A stretch of 64,000 nt of DNA, taken from NCBI GenBank assembly GCA_963813815.1, contig CAWFAD010000016.1:192001-256000 (forward strand), read 5' to 3'. The position numbers were made by a program, and so were the translations under genes. Below are positions 54,927 to 64,000 of this stretch, one piece after another. Position 1 is the first letter of the stretch, and every line of letters begins with the position of its first letter. Below the pieces are notes generated by a model. It was not told the DNA's origin and ran no database searches. It saw only the letters and a list, made by a program, of their open reading frames with translations. The DNA is from an uncultured bacterium. GTDB taxonomy: Bacteria; Krumholzibacteriota; Krumholzibacteriia; Krumholzibacteriales; Krumholzibacteriaceae.

Positions 54927-55218
54927 AACAGCGGTTTCAGGACGCAGCGCTTCGAACGTCGCAGCTCAATTTTCTTCACGACAGCGCGAAACGGTTCGAC
55001 TCGAAACAGAGTCCAGCCAGCAATCAAGATCAATTGACCGGCCGATTTCGAGATAGTTGCCGGATTCGCGGTTTTGACCGGTGTAACTGAATGTAATTTT
55101 GCAGGGCCGCGGAGCGCCCCGCACGGGCGTTTCGCGCGGCCACCGACGGCCGTACGGCGTCCCCGCGGGCGCGGGGCTCGGCGCGATCGACGCGAACCAA
55201 AGGAGAGGTCTGATAGTC

Positions 55219-56466
55219 ATGGAAATCGCGGAACTGAAGTCGAAGCGGATCGAGGAGCTCATCGATATAGCCACGGGGCTCAACATCGAGGGCATCAGCA
55301 GCATGCGCAAGCAGGAGATCATCTTCCGGATCCTCGAGGCGCAGGCGCAGCAGAACGGGCTCATCATGGCCGAAGGCGTGCTGCAGGTGCTCCCCGAGGG
55401 GTACGGATTCCTCCGCTCGGCGAGCTACAACTACCTCCCTGGCCCCGACGACATCTACGTTTCGCCGTCCCAGATCAAGAAGTTCGACCTCCGGACCGGC
55501 GACACCGTTTCCGGCCAGGTGCGCGCCCCGAAGGAATCGGAGCGGTACTTCGCCCTCCTCAAGGTCGAAGCGGTGAACGCCGACAGCCCCGAGCATCTCA
55601 AGGCGAAGACCCTCTTCGACAACCTCACGCCGCTCTACCCGAACGAGCTCATCAATCTCGAACACGATCCCGACGATCTCTCCACCCGGCTCATGAATCT
55701 GCTCACGCCGATCGGCAAGGGGCAGCGCGGCCTCATCGTGTCGCCGCCCCGGGCGGGGAAAACCATCATCATGCAGAAAATAGCGAACTCGATCACGACC
55801 AACCACCCCGAGATCTATCTCATCGTGCTCCTCATCGACGAACGCCCCGAGGAAGTGACCGACATGGAGCGCTCGGTGAAGGGCGAAGTCATCAGCTCGA
55901 CCTTCGACGAGCCAGCCGACCGCCACGTGCAGGTCGCCGACATGGTGATCGAAAAGGCGAAGCGCCTGACCGAGCATGGACGCGACGTCGTCATCCTCCT
56001 CGACAGCCTCACGCGCCTCGCGCGCGCACACAACGCGGTCGTTCCGCACTCGGGCAAGATTCTCTCCGGCGGCGTCGATTCGAACGCCCTCCAGCGTCCG
56101 AAGAGATTCTTCGGCGCCGCGCGCAACACCGAGGAAGAGGGGAGCCTCACGATCATCGCGACGGCCCTCATCGAGACCGGGAGCCGGATGGACGAAGTGA
56201 TCTTCGAGGAGTTCAAGGGCACCGGCAACCTCGAGATCGTTCTCGACCGCCGGCTCGCCGACAAGCGCGTTTTCCCCGCCATCGACATTTTCCGCTCCGG
56301 GACGCGCAAGGAGGAGCTCCTCCTGCCGGATAAGGTGCTCAGCAAGGTCTACATCCTGCGCAAGTTCCTCAGCGACAAGAACGTCGTCGAGGCGATGGAG
56401 TTTCTCCTCGAAAAGATTTCTAAGACGAAGTCGAACCAGAAGTTCCTCCAGTCGATGAACGGCTAG
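55219..56466 (+). CDS. rho: transcription termination factor Rho
   Basis: [53 protein letters not shown]. Confidence 0.97.
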   Translation: MEIAELKSKRIEELIDIATGLNIEGISSMRKQEIIFRILEAQAQQNGLIMAEGVLQVLPEGYGFLRSASYNYLPGPDDIYVSPSQIKKFDLRTGDTVSGQVRAPKESERYFALLKVEAVNADSPEHLKAKTLFDNLTPLYPNELINLEHDPDDLSTRLMNLLTPIGKGQRGLIVSPPRAGKTIIMQKIANSITTNHPEIYLIVLLIDERPEEVTDMERSVKGEVISSTFDEPADRHVQVADMVIEKAKRLTEHGRDVVILLDSLTRLARAHNAVVPHSGKILSGGVDSNALQRPKRFFGAARNTEEEGSLTIIATALIETGSRMDEVIFEEFKGTGNLEIVLDRRLADKRVFPAIDIFRSGTRKEELLLPDKVLSKVYILRKFLSDKNVVEAMEFLLEKISKTKSNQKFLQSMNG

Positions 56467-56654
56467 TCCGGGGCGCGGCCGGGCCGCGATGCCGCGGGAC
56501 CGTGGACGGGCCGGCGGCGCGGGGGGGCGCAAATTTTGGGTTTGTGTTTTCCGGCGCCGGTTATTACATTTAACCGCCTTGTATGATATACTGATACGAT
56601 ACGCCGGCCTGCGGGGCCGGCACAAATGAGCACATGGTTCGAGGAGCGTTCGCG

Positions 56655-56888
56655 ATGAAAAAGGAAATCCATCCCAACTACAAGAAGACCAAGATCACCT
56701 GCATCTGCGGCAACGTGATCGAGACCGCCTCGACGATGCAGGACATCCACGTGGAAGTCTGTTCCCGGTGCCACCCGTTCTTCACCGGCAAGCAGAAACT
56801 CATGGACACGGCCGGCCGCGTCGAGAGATTCCAGCGCAAGTACGGCGATTACCGCAAGAAGCAGAGCGACAAGGACGCCGGCAAGTAA
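56655..56888 (+). CDS. rpmE: 50S ribosomal protein L31 (zinc-binding type)
   Basis: [31 protein letters not shown]. Confidence 0.96.
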   Translation: MKKEIHPNYKKTKITCICGNVIETASTMQDIHVEVCSRCHPFFTGKQKLMDTAGRVERFQRKYGDYRKKQSDKDAGK

Positions 56889-56930
56889 CGCTCGCCGAGC
56901 CCGGTCCCCCTGCGCGCGTCCGGTGAACGA

Positions 56931-57827
56931 ATGTCCGACGCCCAAGAGAGAAAACGTCTACAGATCGGCGGGCAGGCCGTCATCGAGGGCGTCATGATGC
57001 GCTCTCCGACCCGCATCGCGACCGCGGTGCGCGGGCCCGAGGGCATCGTCGTCCGGGACGAGCCGTTCACGAGCCTCGTCAGGCGCCACCGGATGCTGAA
57101 CGTCCCGATCGTCCGCGGCGCCGTCGCCTTCGTGGAGACCTTCGTCGTCGCCATAAAGGCGCTCTCCTACTCGGCGGAGGCGGCCACGGCCGAGCCGGGC
57201 GCCTCGCGCGGGAAGGGGATCTCGACGCTCTCCATCGCCCTCACCATCGCGGCGGCGTTTCTCCTCGGCTTCGGCGTGTTCTTCTATCTGCCGCTCGTTC
57301 TCACCGAGCTCACCGGCCTGCGGGACGGCGTGCTCTTCAACCTCGTCGACGGCGTGATACGGCTCGCGTTTCTCGTTCTCTACATCGTTCTCATCACACG
57401 ATGGAAGGAGATGCGCCGCATATTCGAGTACCACGGCGCCGAGCACAAGACGATCGCTGCGTTCGAGGAGCACGGAGTCGCCACGGTCGAGAACACGCGC
57501 GTCTACCCGACGATGCACGCGCGATGCTCGACGAGCTTTCTGCTCCTCGTGGTGGTGGTGAGCGTGCTGGTCTTCATCACGCTCGGCCGGCCCGACACGA
57601 TCGGCGAGAAGCTGCTTCGATTCGCCTTCATCCCCGTGATCGGGGGAATTTCCTACGAGCTGCTCAAGTTCTCGGCGCGGCCGCGGGCCCGCCGGTACTT
57701 CGCTCCGCTCGTGTGGCCGGGGCTCGCGCTCCAGAGGCTCACCACGAAACAGCCCTCCGACGATCAGGTCGAGGTGGCGATCGCGGCGCTCAACGCGTGT
57801 CTCGTCGAGAAACCAGTGGCATCCTAG
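56931..57827 (+). CDS. DUF1385 (YqhQ-like) membrane protein
   Basis: GGQAVIEGVMM, YHGAEHK, RCSTSF, LQRLTT.QP; usual rpmE-prfA neighbourhood. Confidence 0.9.
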   Translation: MSDAQERKRLQIGGQAVIEGVMMRSPTRIATAVRGPEGIVVRDEPFTSLVRRHRMLNVPIVRGAVAFVETFVVAIKALSYSAEAATAEPGASRGKGISTLSIALTIAAAFLLGFGVFFYLPLVLTELTGLRDGVLFNLVDGVIRLAFLVLYIVLITRWKEMRRIFEYHGAEHKTIAAFEEHGVATVENTRVYPTMHARCSTSFLLLVVVVSVLVFITLGRPDTIGEKLLRFAFIPVIGGISYELLKFSARPRARRYFAPLVWPGLALQRLTTKQPSDDQVEVAIAALNACLVEKPVAS

Positions 57828-57887
57828 GAATCCATCCGCTACAGTGTAACCCCGGCGGGGCGCGCGGCGCCCCCGAACGGAGTGTCG

Positions 57888-58984
57888 ATGGAGTCGAGCA
57901 GCCGTTACGAGAACGTGATCCGGCGCTTCGAGCAGCTCACCGACGAGCTCGCCAAGCCCGAGAACATCCGCAACCAGCACCTCTACCGCAAGATCGCGCG
58001 CGAGCGCAACGATCTCGAGAAGGCGGTCGTCGCGATCCGGCGCTTTCGCGGCCTCGAGGCGCGCCGGGACGAGGCCGCCGGCATCGTTCAGGCGGGGGGC
58101 GACCGCGAGCTCATGGAGCTCGCGCGCTCAGAGCTCGCCGAGGTCGAGCGGGAGCTCGAGGAGACGAGGGAGCAGGTCAAGGTGTTGCTCCTGCCGCGCG
58201 ACCCCGACGATTCGCGTAACACCGTCTTCGAGATACGCGCGGGGACGGGCGGGGACGAGGCGGCGCTCTTCGCGGCGGATCTCGCGCGCATGTACCGCCT
58301 CTTCTCGGAGCGGCACAGCTGGAAGGTGGAGCCCCTCGGCTCGAGCCCGACCGAAATCGGCGGGTACAAGGAAATCATATTTCTCGTGTCGGGGGAGAAC
58401 GCGTACGGCAAGCTCAAGTTCGAGAGCGGCGTGCACCGCGTCCAGCGCGTGCCGGTGACGGAGGCCGGCGGGCGGATTCACACGTCGGCGGTGTCGGTGG
58501 CGGTGCTTCCCGAGGCGGAGGAGGTCGACATCCAGCTCGATCCGAACGATCTGCGCATCGACGTGTTCCGGTCGCGGGGCCCCGGCGGCCAGTCGGTGAA
58601 CACGACCGATTCCGCCGTTCGCATCACCCACATTCCCTCCGGCATGGTCGTGCAGTGCCAGGACGAAAAGTCGCAGCACAAGAACAAGGCGAAGGCGATG
58701 AAGGTGCTGCTCGCGCGGCTGCTCGAGAGGGCCCGCACAGAGCAGGAGGCCAAGATCGCTCAGGCCCGTCGGAGCATGATCGGCTCGGGGATCGCAGCGA
58801 CAAGATCCGCACGTACAACTTTCCCCAGAGCCGCGTCACGGACCACCGGATCGGGCTTACCCTCTACAACCTCAAAGGCGTTCTCGACGGCGCGCTCGAC
58901 GAGATCGTCGACGCGCTCGCGCTCGCCAACCGCGAAGAGCTGCTCCGGCGAGAGATGGAATCGGCAGCGGGGCCCGGCGCTTGA
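57888..58984 (+). CDS. prfA: peptide chain release factor 1, interrupted by a 1-nt frameshift at the G-run 58787-58790
   Basis: [14 protein letters not shown] (RF1 anticodon-mimic motif), GPGGQ; conserved C-terminus [21 protein letters not shown] lies in the -1 frame and ends at TGA 58984. Confidence 0.88.
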
Positions 58985-58985
58985 A

Positions 58986-59876
58986 ATGCGGCGGACGGAA
59001 TCGGCCAAGAAGGTGACGGTACTCGAGGCGCTCCGGCTCGCCGAGGGATACCTCGGCGGGCGCGGCGTCGAGGACGCCCGGTTGAGCGCCGAGCATCTCC
59101 TGGCGCACCGGATGGGGTGCTCGCGGCTCGATCTCTACCTGCGGTTCGATCGCGAGGTGGAGGACGGCGCCCTCGCCGCGGTTCGCGGGGATCTCAAGCG
59201 CCGGGGAGAGCATTATCCGCTCCAGTACCTCGTCGGCGAGGTCGAGTTCGTGTCCCTTTCCTTCCGGGTTCGCGAGGGCGTTTTCATCCCGCGCCCCGAA
59301 ACGGAGCTCCTCGTCGAGCGGATCGAGGAGCTCGCCGGCGCCCGCGAGGCGGCGGTCATGTGCGAGCTCGGCGTCGGCGCGGGGGTCATCTCGGGCAGCC
59401 TCGCCGCGCGCCACCTGGGATGGCGCGGAGTGGCGTTCGACGTGTCGCCCGCCGCCCTGTCCTGCGCGCGGGAGAATCTCCGCTCGCTCGGAGCGGGCGA
59501 CCGGATCGATCTCTTCGCCGCCGATTCGTTCGACGCCGTCGGCGGCGCGTGGCGGTTCGACGTCCTCGCGTCGAATCCGCCGTACGTGAGAAGCGGCGAC
59601 ATCGACGCCCTCGCTCCGGAGGTCTCGCGCTGGGAATCGCGCCCGGCGCTCGACGGCGGCGCCGACGGCACGAGTTTCTATCCGGGGATCGCGGCCGCGG
59701 CGAAGCGGCTGCTGCGCCCCGGCGGGCTCGCGGCCGTCGAGATCGGCGACGGGCAGGGGAACGCGGTGGCCGCGATCTTCACGGCGGCGGGGCTCGAGCG
59801 CGTGTCGGTCGGCCGGGATTACAACAGGCTCGAACGAACGGTGACGGCGTTCGCGCCGGAGGGGGACGAACCCTGA
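58986..59876 (+). CDS. prmC: release factor glutamine N5-methyltransferase PrmC (HemK)
   Basis: [42 protein letters not shown] 58986 directly after the restored prfA stop. Confidence 0.9.
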   Translation: MRRTESAKKVTVLEALRLAEGYLGGRGVEDARLSAEHLLAHRMGCSRLDLYLRFDREVEDGALAAVRGDLKRRGEHYPLQYLVGEVEFVSLSFRVREGVFIPRPETELLVERIEELAGAREAAVMCELGVGAGVISGSLAARHLGWRGVAFDVSPAALSCARENLRSLGAGDRIDLFAADSFDAVGGAWRFDVLASNPPYVRSGDIDALAPEVSRWESRPALDGGADGTSFYPGIAAAAKRLLRPGGLAAVEIGDGQGNAVAAIFTAAGLERVSVGRDYNRLERTVTAFAPEGDEP

Positions 59877-61129
59877 TGGACAGCTTTCTCGTGACGGGAC
59901 CGTGCCGCCTCGAGGGGACGGTGGCGACGAGCGGCGCGAAGAACGCGATGCTCCCGCTCATGGCGGCCGCTCTTCTGACCGAGGGGACCTGCGTGCTCGA
60001 GAACGTGCCCGACCTTCGGGACACGCGCACGATGATGCAGCTCCTCGCGGGCCTCGGCGCGCGAACCGCGCTCGAGCGCGGCCGGCTCGAGATCGACGCC
60101 TCGCGCATCGATTCTTTCGAGGCGCCCTACGAGATCGTGCGGACGATGCGCGCGTCGATCTACGCCTTCGGCCCGCTGCTCGCCCGGTTCGGCACGGCGC
60201 GCGTTTCGATGCCGGGCGGGTGCGCGTGGGGGCCGCGGCCGGTCGATCTGCACCTGCGGGGGCTCGCCGCCCTCGGCGCGACCGTCGGAATCGAGCACGG
60301 CTACATCAACGCGACGGCCGGGCGGCTGCGCGGAGCCGAGGTGAACCTCGCGATCCCGAGCGTCGGCGCGACGGTGAACGTCATGATGGCCGCCGTCCTC
60401 GCCGAGGGGCGCACGGTGATCGAGGACGCCGCGCGGGAGCCCGAGATCGCCGAGCTCGCCCGCGCGCTGCGGGCGGGGGGAGCGCGGATCGAGGGGGAGG
60501 GGACCTCGCGCGTCACGATCGACGGCGTCGCCGCCATCGCGCCGTTCGCGCACCGCGTGATTCCGGACCGGATCGAGGCGGGGACCTTCGCGGCCGCCGC
60601 GGCGATCACGGGCGGGCGGGTCGAGATCACTGGCTGCGAGCCGGATCATCTCGGAGCCGTCGTCGAAAAGCTCCGCGAATGCGGCGCCGAGATCTCGTGC
60701 GGCTCCGGCCGGATGACGGTCGCGGGCCCCGGGCGCGTCCGGGCGGCGAACGTGGAAACGGGGTTCTACCCGTCCTTTCCGACGGACATGCAGGCGCAGA
60801 TCATGGCGGTGCTGTCGATCGCTGAGGGGACGAGCACGGTCGTCGACCGCGTCTACCCCGATCGATTCACGCACGTTCCCGAGCTCTGCCGGTTCGGGGC
60901 GAAGATCGCGCGGGACGGAAACGTCGCGGTCATCACGGGGGTTCCCCGGCTCGAGGGGGCGCCCGTCATGGCGACGGACATCCGCGCGAGCTCGGCACTC
61001 ATCCTCGCCGCCCTCGCGGCCGAGGGAGAGACGAAGATACTGCGCGTCTATCATATCGACCGGGGCTACGAGCGGATCGAGGAGAAGCTCGGACGCCTCG
61101 GCGCCAGAATCCGGCGGGTCAAGGGGTAG
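59876..61129 (+). CDS. murA: UDP-N-acetylglucosamine 1-carboxyvinyltransferase
   Basis: GAKNA, MRASI, PGGCAWGPRPVDLH (Cys115 equivalent), PDRIEAGT, FPTDMQAQ, HIDRGYE. Confidence 0.96.
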   Translation: MDSFLVTGPCRLEGTVATSGAKNAMLPLMAAALLTEGTCVLENVPDLRDTRTMMQLLAGLGARTALERGRLEIDASRIDSFEAPYEIVRTMRASIYAFGPLLARFGTARVSMPGGCAWGPRPVDLHLRGLAALGATVGIEHGYINATAGRLRGAEVNLAIPSVGATVNVMMAAVLAEGRTVIEDAAREPEIAELARALRAGGARIEGEGTSRVTIDGVAAIAPFAHRVIPDRIEAGTFAAAAAITGGRVEITGCEPDHLGAVVEKLRECGAEISCGSGRMTVAGPGRVRAANVETGFYPSFPTDMQAQIMAVLSIAEGTSTVVDRVYPDRFTHVPELCRFGAKIARDGNVAVITGVPRLEGAPVMATDIRASSALILAALAAEGETKILRVYHIDRGYERIEEKLGRLGARIRRVKG

Positions 61130-61179
61130 CCCGGGGGTCCCGCTCCCCGCGGGACCGCTCGCGCTGCGCGGCGGCGGAC

Positions 61180-63105
61180 ATGAACGGCGGACGAAAGCTC
61201 ATCATCGGCACTTCCGGGCACGTCGATCACGGCAAAACCGAGATCGTCAAGGCGCTCACGGGCCGCGACACCGACCGGCTCCGCGAGGAGAAGGAGCGCG
61301 GCATCTCGATCGTGCTCGGGTTCGCGCCGATCGACCTCGGCGAGGGGATCACGGCGGCCGTCGTGGACGTGCCGGGGCACGAACGGTTCGTGAAAACGAT
61401 GGTCTCCGGCGCGGTGGGGATCGATCTCGCGCTGCTCGTCGTCGCCGCCGACGAGGGAGTCATGCCGCAAACGCTCGAGCACTTCGAGGTGCTGAGGCTT
61501 CTCGGCGTGCGGGGGCTCGTCGTCGCCGTCACGAAGATCGATCTCGCCGACGGGGAGCTCGTCGGGCTCGTCGAGGAAGAGATCGACGAGCTCGCGGCGG
61601 GGACGCCCTTCGCCGGCGCGCCCGTCGTCCGCACGTCGGCGGTGACGGGAGAGGGGCTCGAGGAGCTCCGCGCGCAGCTCCGCGCGCAGGCGATCGCCCT
61701 CGGGACGCGCGATACGGCGGATTTCTTCCGCATGCCCGTCGATCGGGCCTGGACGCGGAGCGGCATCGGCACGATCGTCACGGGAACGGCGTGGAGCGGC
61801 GAGGTCGCCAAGGGGGACGAGCTCGTCGTCGAGCCGCTCTCGCGCCCCGTGCGCGTGCGGGAGGTGCACAGCTTCGACCGCTCGGTCGAGACCGCCTCGG
61901 CCGGCATGCGCACGGCGCTCGCGCTGCACGGAATCAAGGTCGAGGATGCGGCGATCGGGAGCCAGGTGCTCGCGCCGAACAAGCTCGCGAGCACGCTCAT
62001 GCTGAACGTGCGCATCGAGGTGTCGAAGCTCGCCGGCGAGGACGTCAAGACGCGCCGGCGAATCCGCTTTCACCATGCCGCCTCCGAGATCATCGGCAGA
62101 ATCATCGCGCTCGAGGGGGGGGCGATTCCGGCGGGAGGCGCGGGGTACGCGCAGATTCGGCTCGAGAGGCCCGCGGTCGCCCGGCGCGGGGACCGCTTCA
62201 TCATACGATCGTATTCGCCGCAGCGGGTCATCGGCGGCGGCGTGGTCCTCGATCCGAATCCGCCGAAGTTCAGGCTGCACGACGCGGCGTCGACGCTCGC
62301 GCTGCTGCGCTCGCTCGACCGCGGGGAGGCCGGGGAGGCGGTGTCCGCGCTCGCGGCCTCGACCGCGGGGGCGGGGTTCCCCGCCGCCGCGCTCCCCCGG
62401 TACGGCATTCCGTCGGGAGCGGGGGAGGCGGTCGTCCGGTCGCTCGAGCGCGAGGGGCGGCTCGTCGCCATCGAAGGAAGGCTCTTCGAGGCCGGGGTCG
62501 CCTCGGCCGCGGAGCGGAGCCTCCTCGGGCTCATCCGGAAGGTATCGTCGGAGAACCCTCTTCTCTGGGGCGTCGATCGCGAGGAGCTCCGGGCGCGCTC
62601 TGGGCTAGCGGGGAGCCCTCTCTTCGACCATCTCATGGAACGGGGGCGCGCCGGCGGGACGCTCTTCTTCAAGGGAGGCCGCGTGAACGCCGGTGGCGGC
62701 GAGCGGCAGCTCTCCCCCGGCGATCGCGCGTCGCTCGAGAGGATCGAGGCGCGGATCCGCGAGGGGGGCTTCGCGTTCGCGACGAAGGCGGATCTCGCCG
62801 GGGCCGCGCCCGACGAGAAGCGCCTCGCCTCGTATCTTCACATTCTCGTCGAGCAGGGCGCGGTCGTGCGCATCGCCCCCGACGGCTACCTGCACGCCGA
62901 GCACTGGCGCCGCGTCCTCGACGAGGTCCGCGCGCGGCTCGTCTCGGGCGGGACGATCTCGGTCGGCGACTTCAAGGAGATCTTCGGCTTTTCGCGCAAG
63001 TTCGCCGTGCCCGTGCTCGAGCATCTCGATCGCGAGGGGTACACGCGCCGCGAGGGGGACGCCCGCGCGGCCGGCCCGAGGCTTGGATCAGGAGGCGAGT
63101 CATGA
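61180..63105 (+). CDS. selB: selenocysteine-specific elongation factor SelB
   Basis: GTSGHVDHGKT, EEKERGISI, DVPGHERF, TKID; C-terminal winged helix SRKFAVPVLEHLDR.GYTRREGD.R. Confidence 0.93.
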   Translation: MNGGRKLIIGTSGHVDHGKTEIVKALTGRDTDRLREEKERGISIVLGFAPIDLGEGITAAVVDVPGHERFVKTMVSGAVGIDLALLVVAADEGVMPQTLEHFEVLRLLGVRGLVVAVTKIDLADGELVGLVEEEIDELAAGTPFAGAPVVRTSAVTGEGLEELRAQLRAQAIALGTRDTADFFRMPVDRAWTRSGIGTIVTGTAWSGEVAKGDELVVEPLSRPVRVREVHSFDRSVETASAGMRTALALHGIKVEDAAIGSQVLAPNKLASTLMLNVRIEVSKLAGEDVKTRRRIRFHHAASEIIGRIIALEGGAIPAGGAGYAQIRLERPAVARRGDRFIIRSYSPQRVIGGGVVLDPNPPKFRLHDAASTLALLRSLDRGEAGEAVSALAASTAGAGFPAAALPRYGIPSGAGEAVVRSLEREGRLVAIEGRLFEAGVASAAERSLLGLIRKVSSENPLLWGVDREELRARSGLAGSPLFDHLMERGRAGGTLFFKGGRVNAGGGERQLSPGDRASLERIEARIREGGFAFATKADLAGAAPDEKRLASYLHILVEQGAVVRIAPDGYLHAEHWRRVLDEVRARLVSGGTISVGDFKEIFGFSRKFAVPVLEHLDREGYTRREGDARAAGPRLGSGGES

Positions 63106-64000
63106 GCGCTCTCGCGCCGCGCAGGCGAACGAGGCGCGTCGTGTACGGCGGCGTGGCCGTCGGCGGCGGCGCGCCCATCACGATTCAGTCGATGACGACC
63201 GTGCCCCCCTCCGATCTCCGGCGCACGATACGGGAGATACGCGCGCTCGAGCGCGCCGGGTGCGAGCTCGTTCGGGTCGCGGTAAAGGACGAAGCCGATC
63301 TCGCCGCGCTTCCCGCCGTGGTCGCGCGGAGCCGCATCCCCGTCGTCGCCGACGTTCATTTCGATTACCGGCTCGCCGTCGGCGCGGCCCGCGCCGGGGC
63401 GGCGGGGCTGCGCATCAATCCGGGGAATATCGGCTCCGCGGAGCGCGTGCGTCGCGTCGTCGACGCCGCGATCGCGGCGTCGATCCCCATTCGCGTGGGG
63501 GTCAACACGGGGAGCATCGAGCGCGACCTGCGGCCGCTCGCGAGGCGCGACCCCGCACGGGCGCTCTTCGAGAGCGCCGTGCGTTCGCGCCGGCTCGTCG
63601 AGGGCATGGGATTTCGGGATCTCGTTTTCAGCCTCAAATCCCCGGACGCGCTCGCGACCGTCGAGGCGAACCGGCTCTTCGCCGCGGAGAACGACTGTCC
63701 GCTGCACATCGGCGTGACGGAGGCCGGGCCCGCGGCGAGCGGCGCCGCGAAATCGGCGGTCGCCCTCACGCTCCTGCTCTGCGAGGGGATCGGCGATACG
63801 ATCCGCGTGTCGCTCTCCGGAGATCCGGTGCGCGAGATCCCGGTCGCCGCGGCGGTGCTCTCCGCGCTCGGCCTGCGGAAGGACATCCCCCGGATCGTGT
63901 CGTGTCCGACCTGCGGCCGCTCGTGGATCGACGTCGCCCGGCTGGCGGAGAGGCTCGAGCGCGAGATCGCCGGAACTCGATCCGGCGCCACGATCGCCGT
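63102..64000 (+). CDS. ispG: HMBPP synthase IspG (partial, runs off the window)
   Basis: Manual translation from ATG 63102: PITIQSMT, ADVHFDY, RINPGNIG, RVGVNTGS, HIGVTEAG, GDTIRVSL, SCPTCGR. Confidence 0.93.
   Translation, partial: MSALAPRRRTRRVVYGGVAVGGGAPITIQSMTTVPPSDLRRTIREIRALERAGCELVRVAVKDEADLAALPAVVARSRIPVVADVHFDYRLAVGAARAGAAGLRINPGNIGSAERVRRVVDAAIAASIPIRVGVNTGSIERDLRPLARRDPARALFESAVRSRRLVEGMGFRDLVFSLKSPDALATVEANRLFAAENDCPLHIGVTEAGPAASGAAKSAVALTLLLCEGIGDTIRVSLSGDPVREIPVAAAVLSALGLRKDIPRIVSCPTCGRSWIDVARLAERLEREIAGTRSGATIA

Noticed and set aside
54993..55013. GGTTCGACTC resembling a tRNA T-loop (possible tRNA-Sec)
   Set aside because: No 5-bp T-stem, acceptor stem or cloverleaf can be formed around it
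57882..59876. 664-aa RF1-PrmC ORF taken as a genuine single gene
   Set aside because: The conserved RF1 C-terminus is intact in the -1 frame with its own stop, and the in-frame linker looks like off-frame sequence; annotated as frameshifted prfA plus prmC

Overview
GC-rich (roughly 70% by eye) bacterial chromosomal window. It comes from a diderm organism (beta-barrel outer-membrane proteins, lipoproteins). An FCB-superphylum candidate lineage is a guess from the MurA 'CAWGPRP' motif and gene order, not a tested assignment. I found no tRNA, rRNA, CRISPR array, IS or prophage. The first ~31 kb is a mixed accessory region: arfB, OMPs, lipocalin, several methyltransferases, a PaaK-like ligase, peptidases (S51, M3B, M28, S41), SPFH plus an RHH regulator, PadR/HAAS, AlkD and MutY, and an NSS transporter. 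The second half is mostly housekeeping: nnr, thiL, a compact glnA-glnD-glnE-glnB cluster, tsaD, priA, rho-rpmE-DUF1385-prfA-prmC-murA-selB-ispG. The strongest candidate for an undescribed system is a five-gene signalling operon between tsaD and priA, preceded by a sigma54-type promoter. It encodes REC-GGDEF, a sensorless His kinase, two tandem His-kinase-GAF-HD-GYP hybrids (one with an intact HD motif, one degenerate YD) and a single-domain receiver. Other notable items: a stand-alone Rho-N-like protein, a triple 11-bp-phased operator over the SPFH/RHH promoter, a 1-nt frameshift in prfA that yields an apparent RF1-PrmC fusion, a methyltransferase-YkgJ fusion and several small ORFs. Family assignments come from motif recognition only; no database searches were run.
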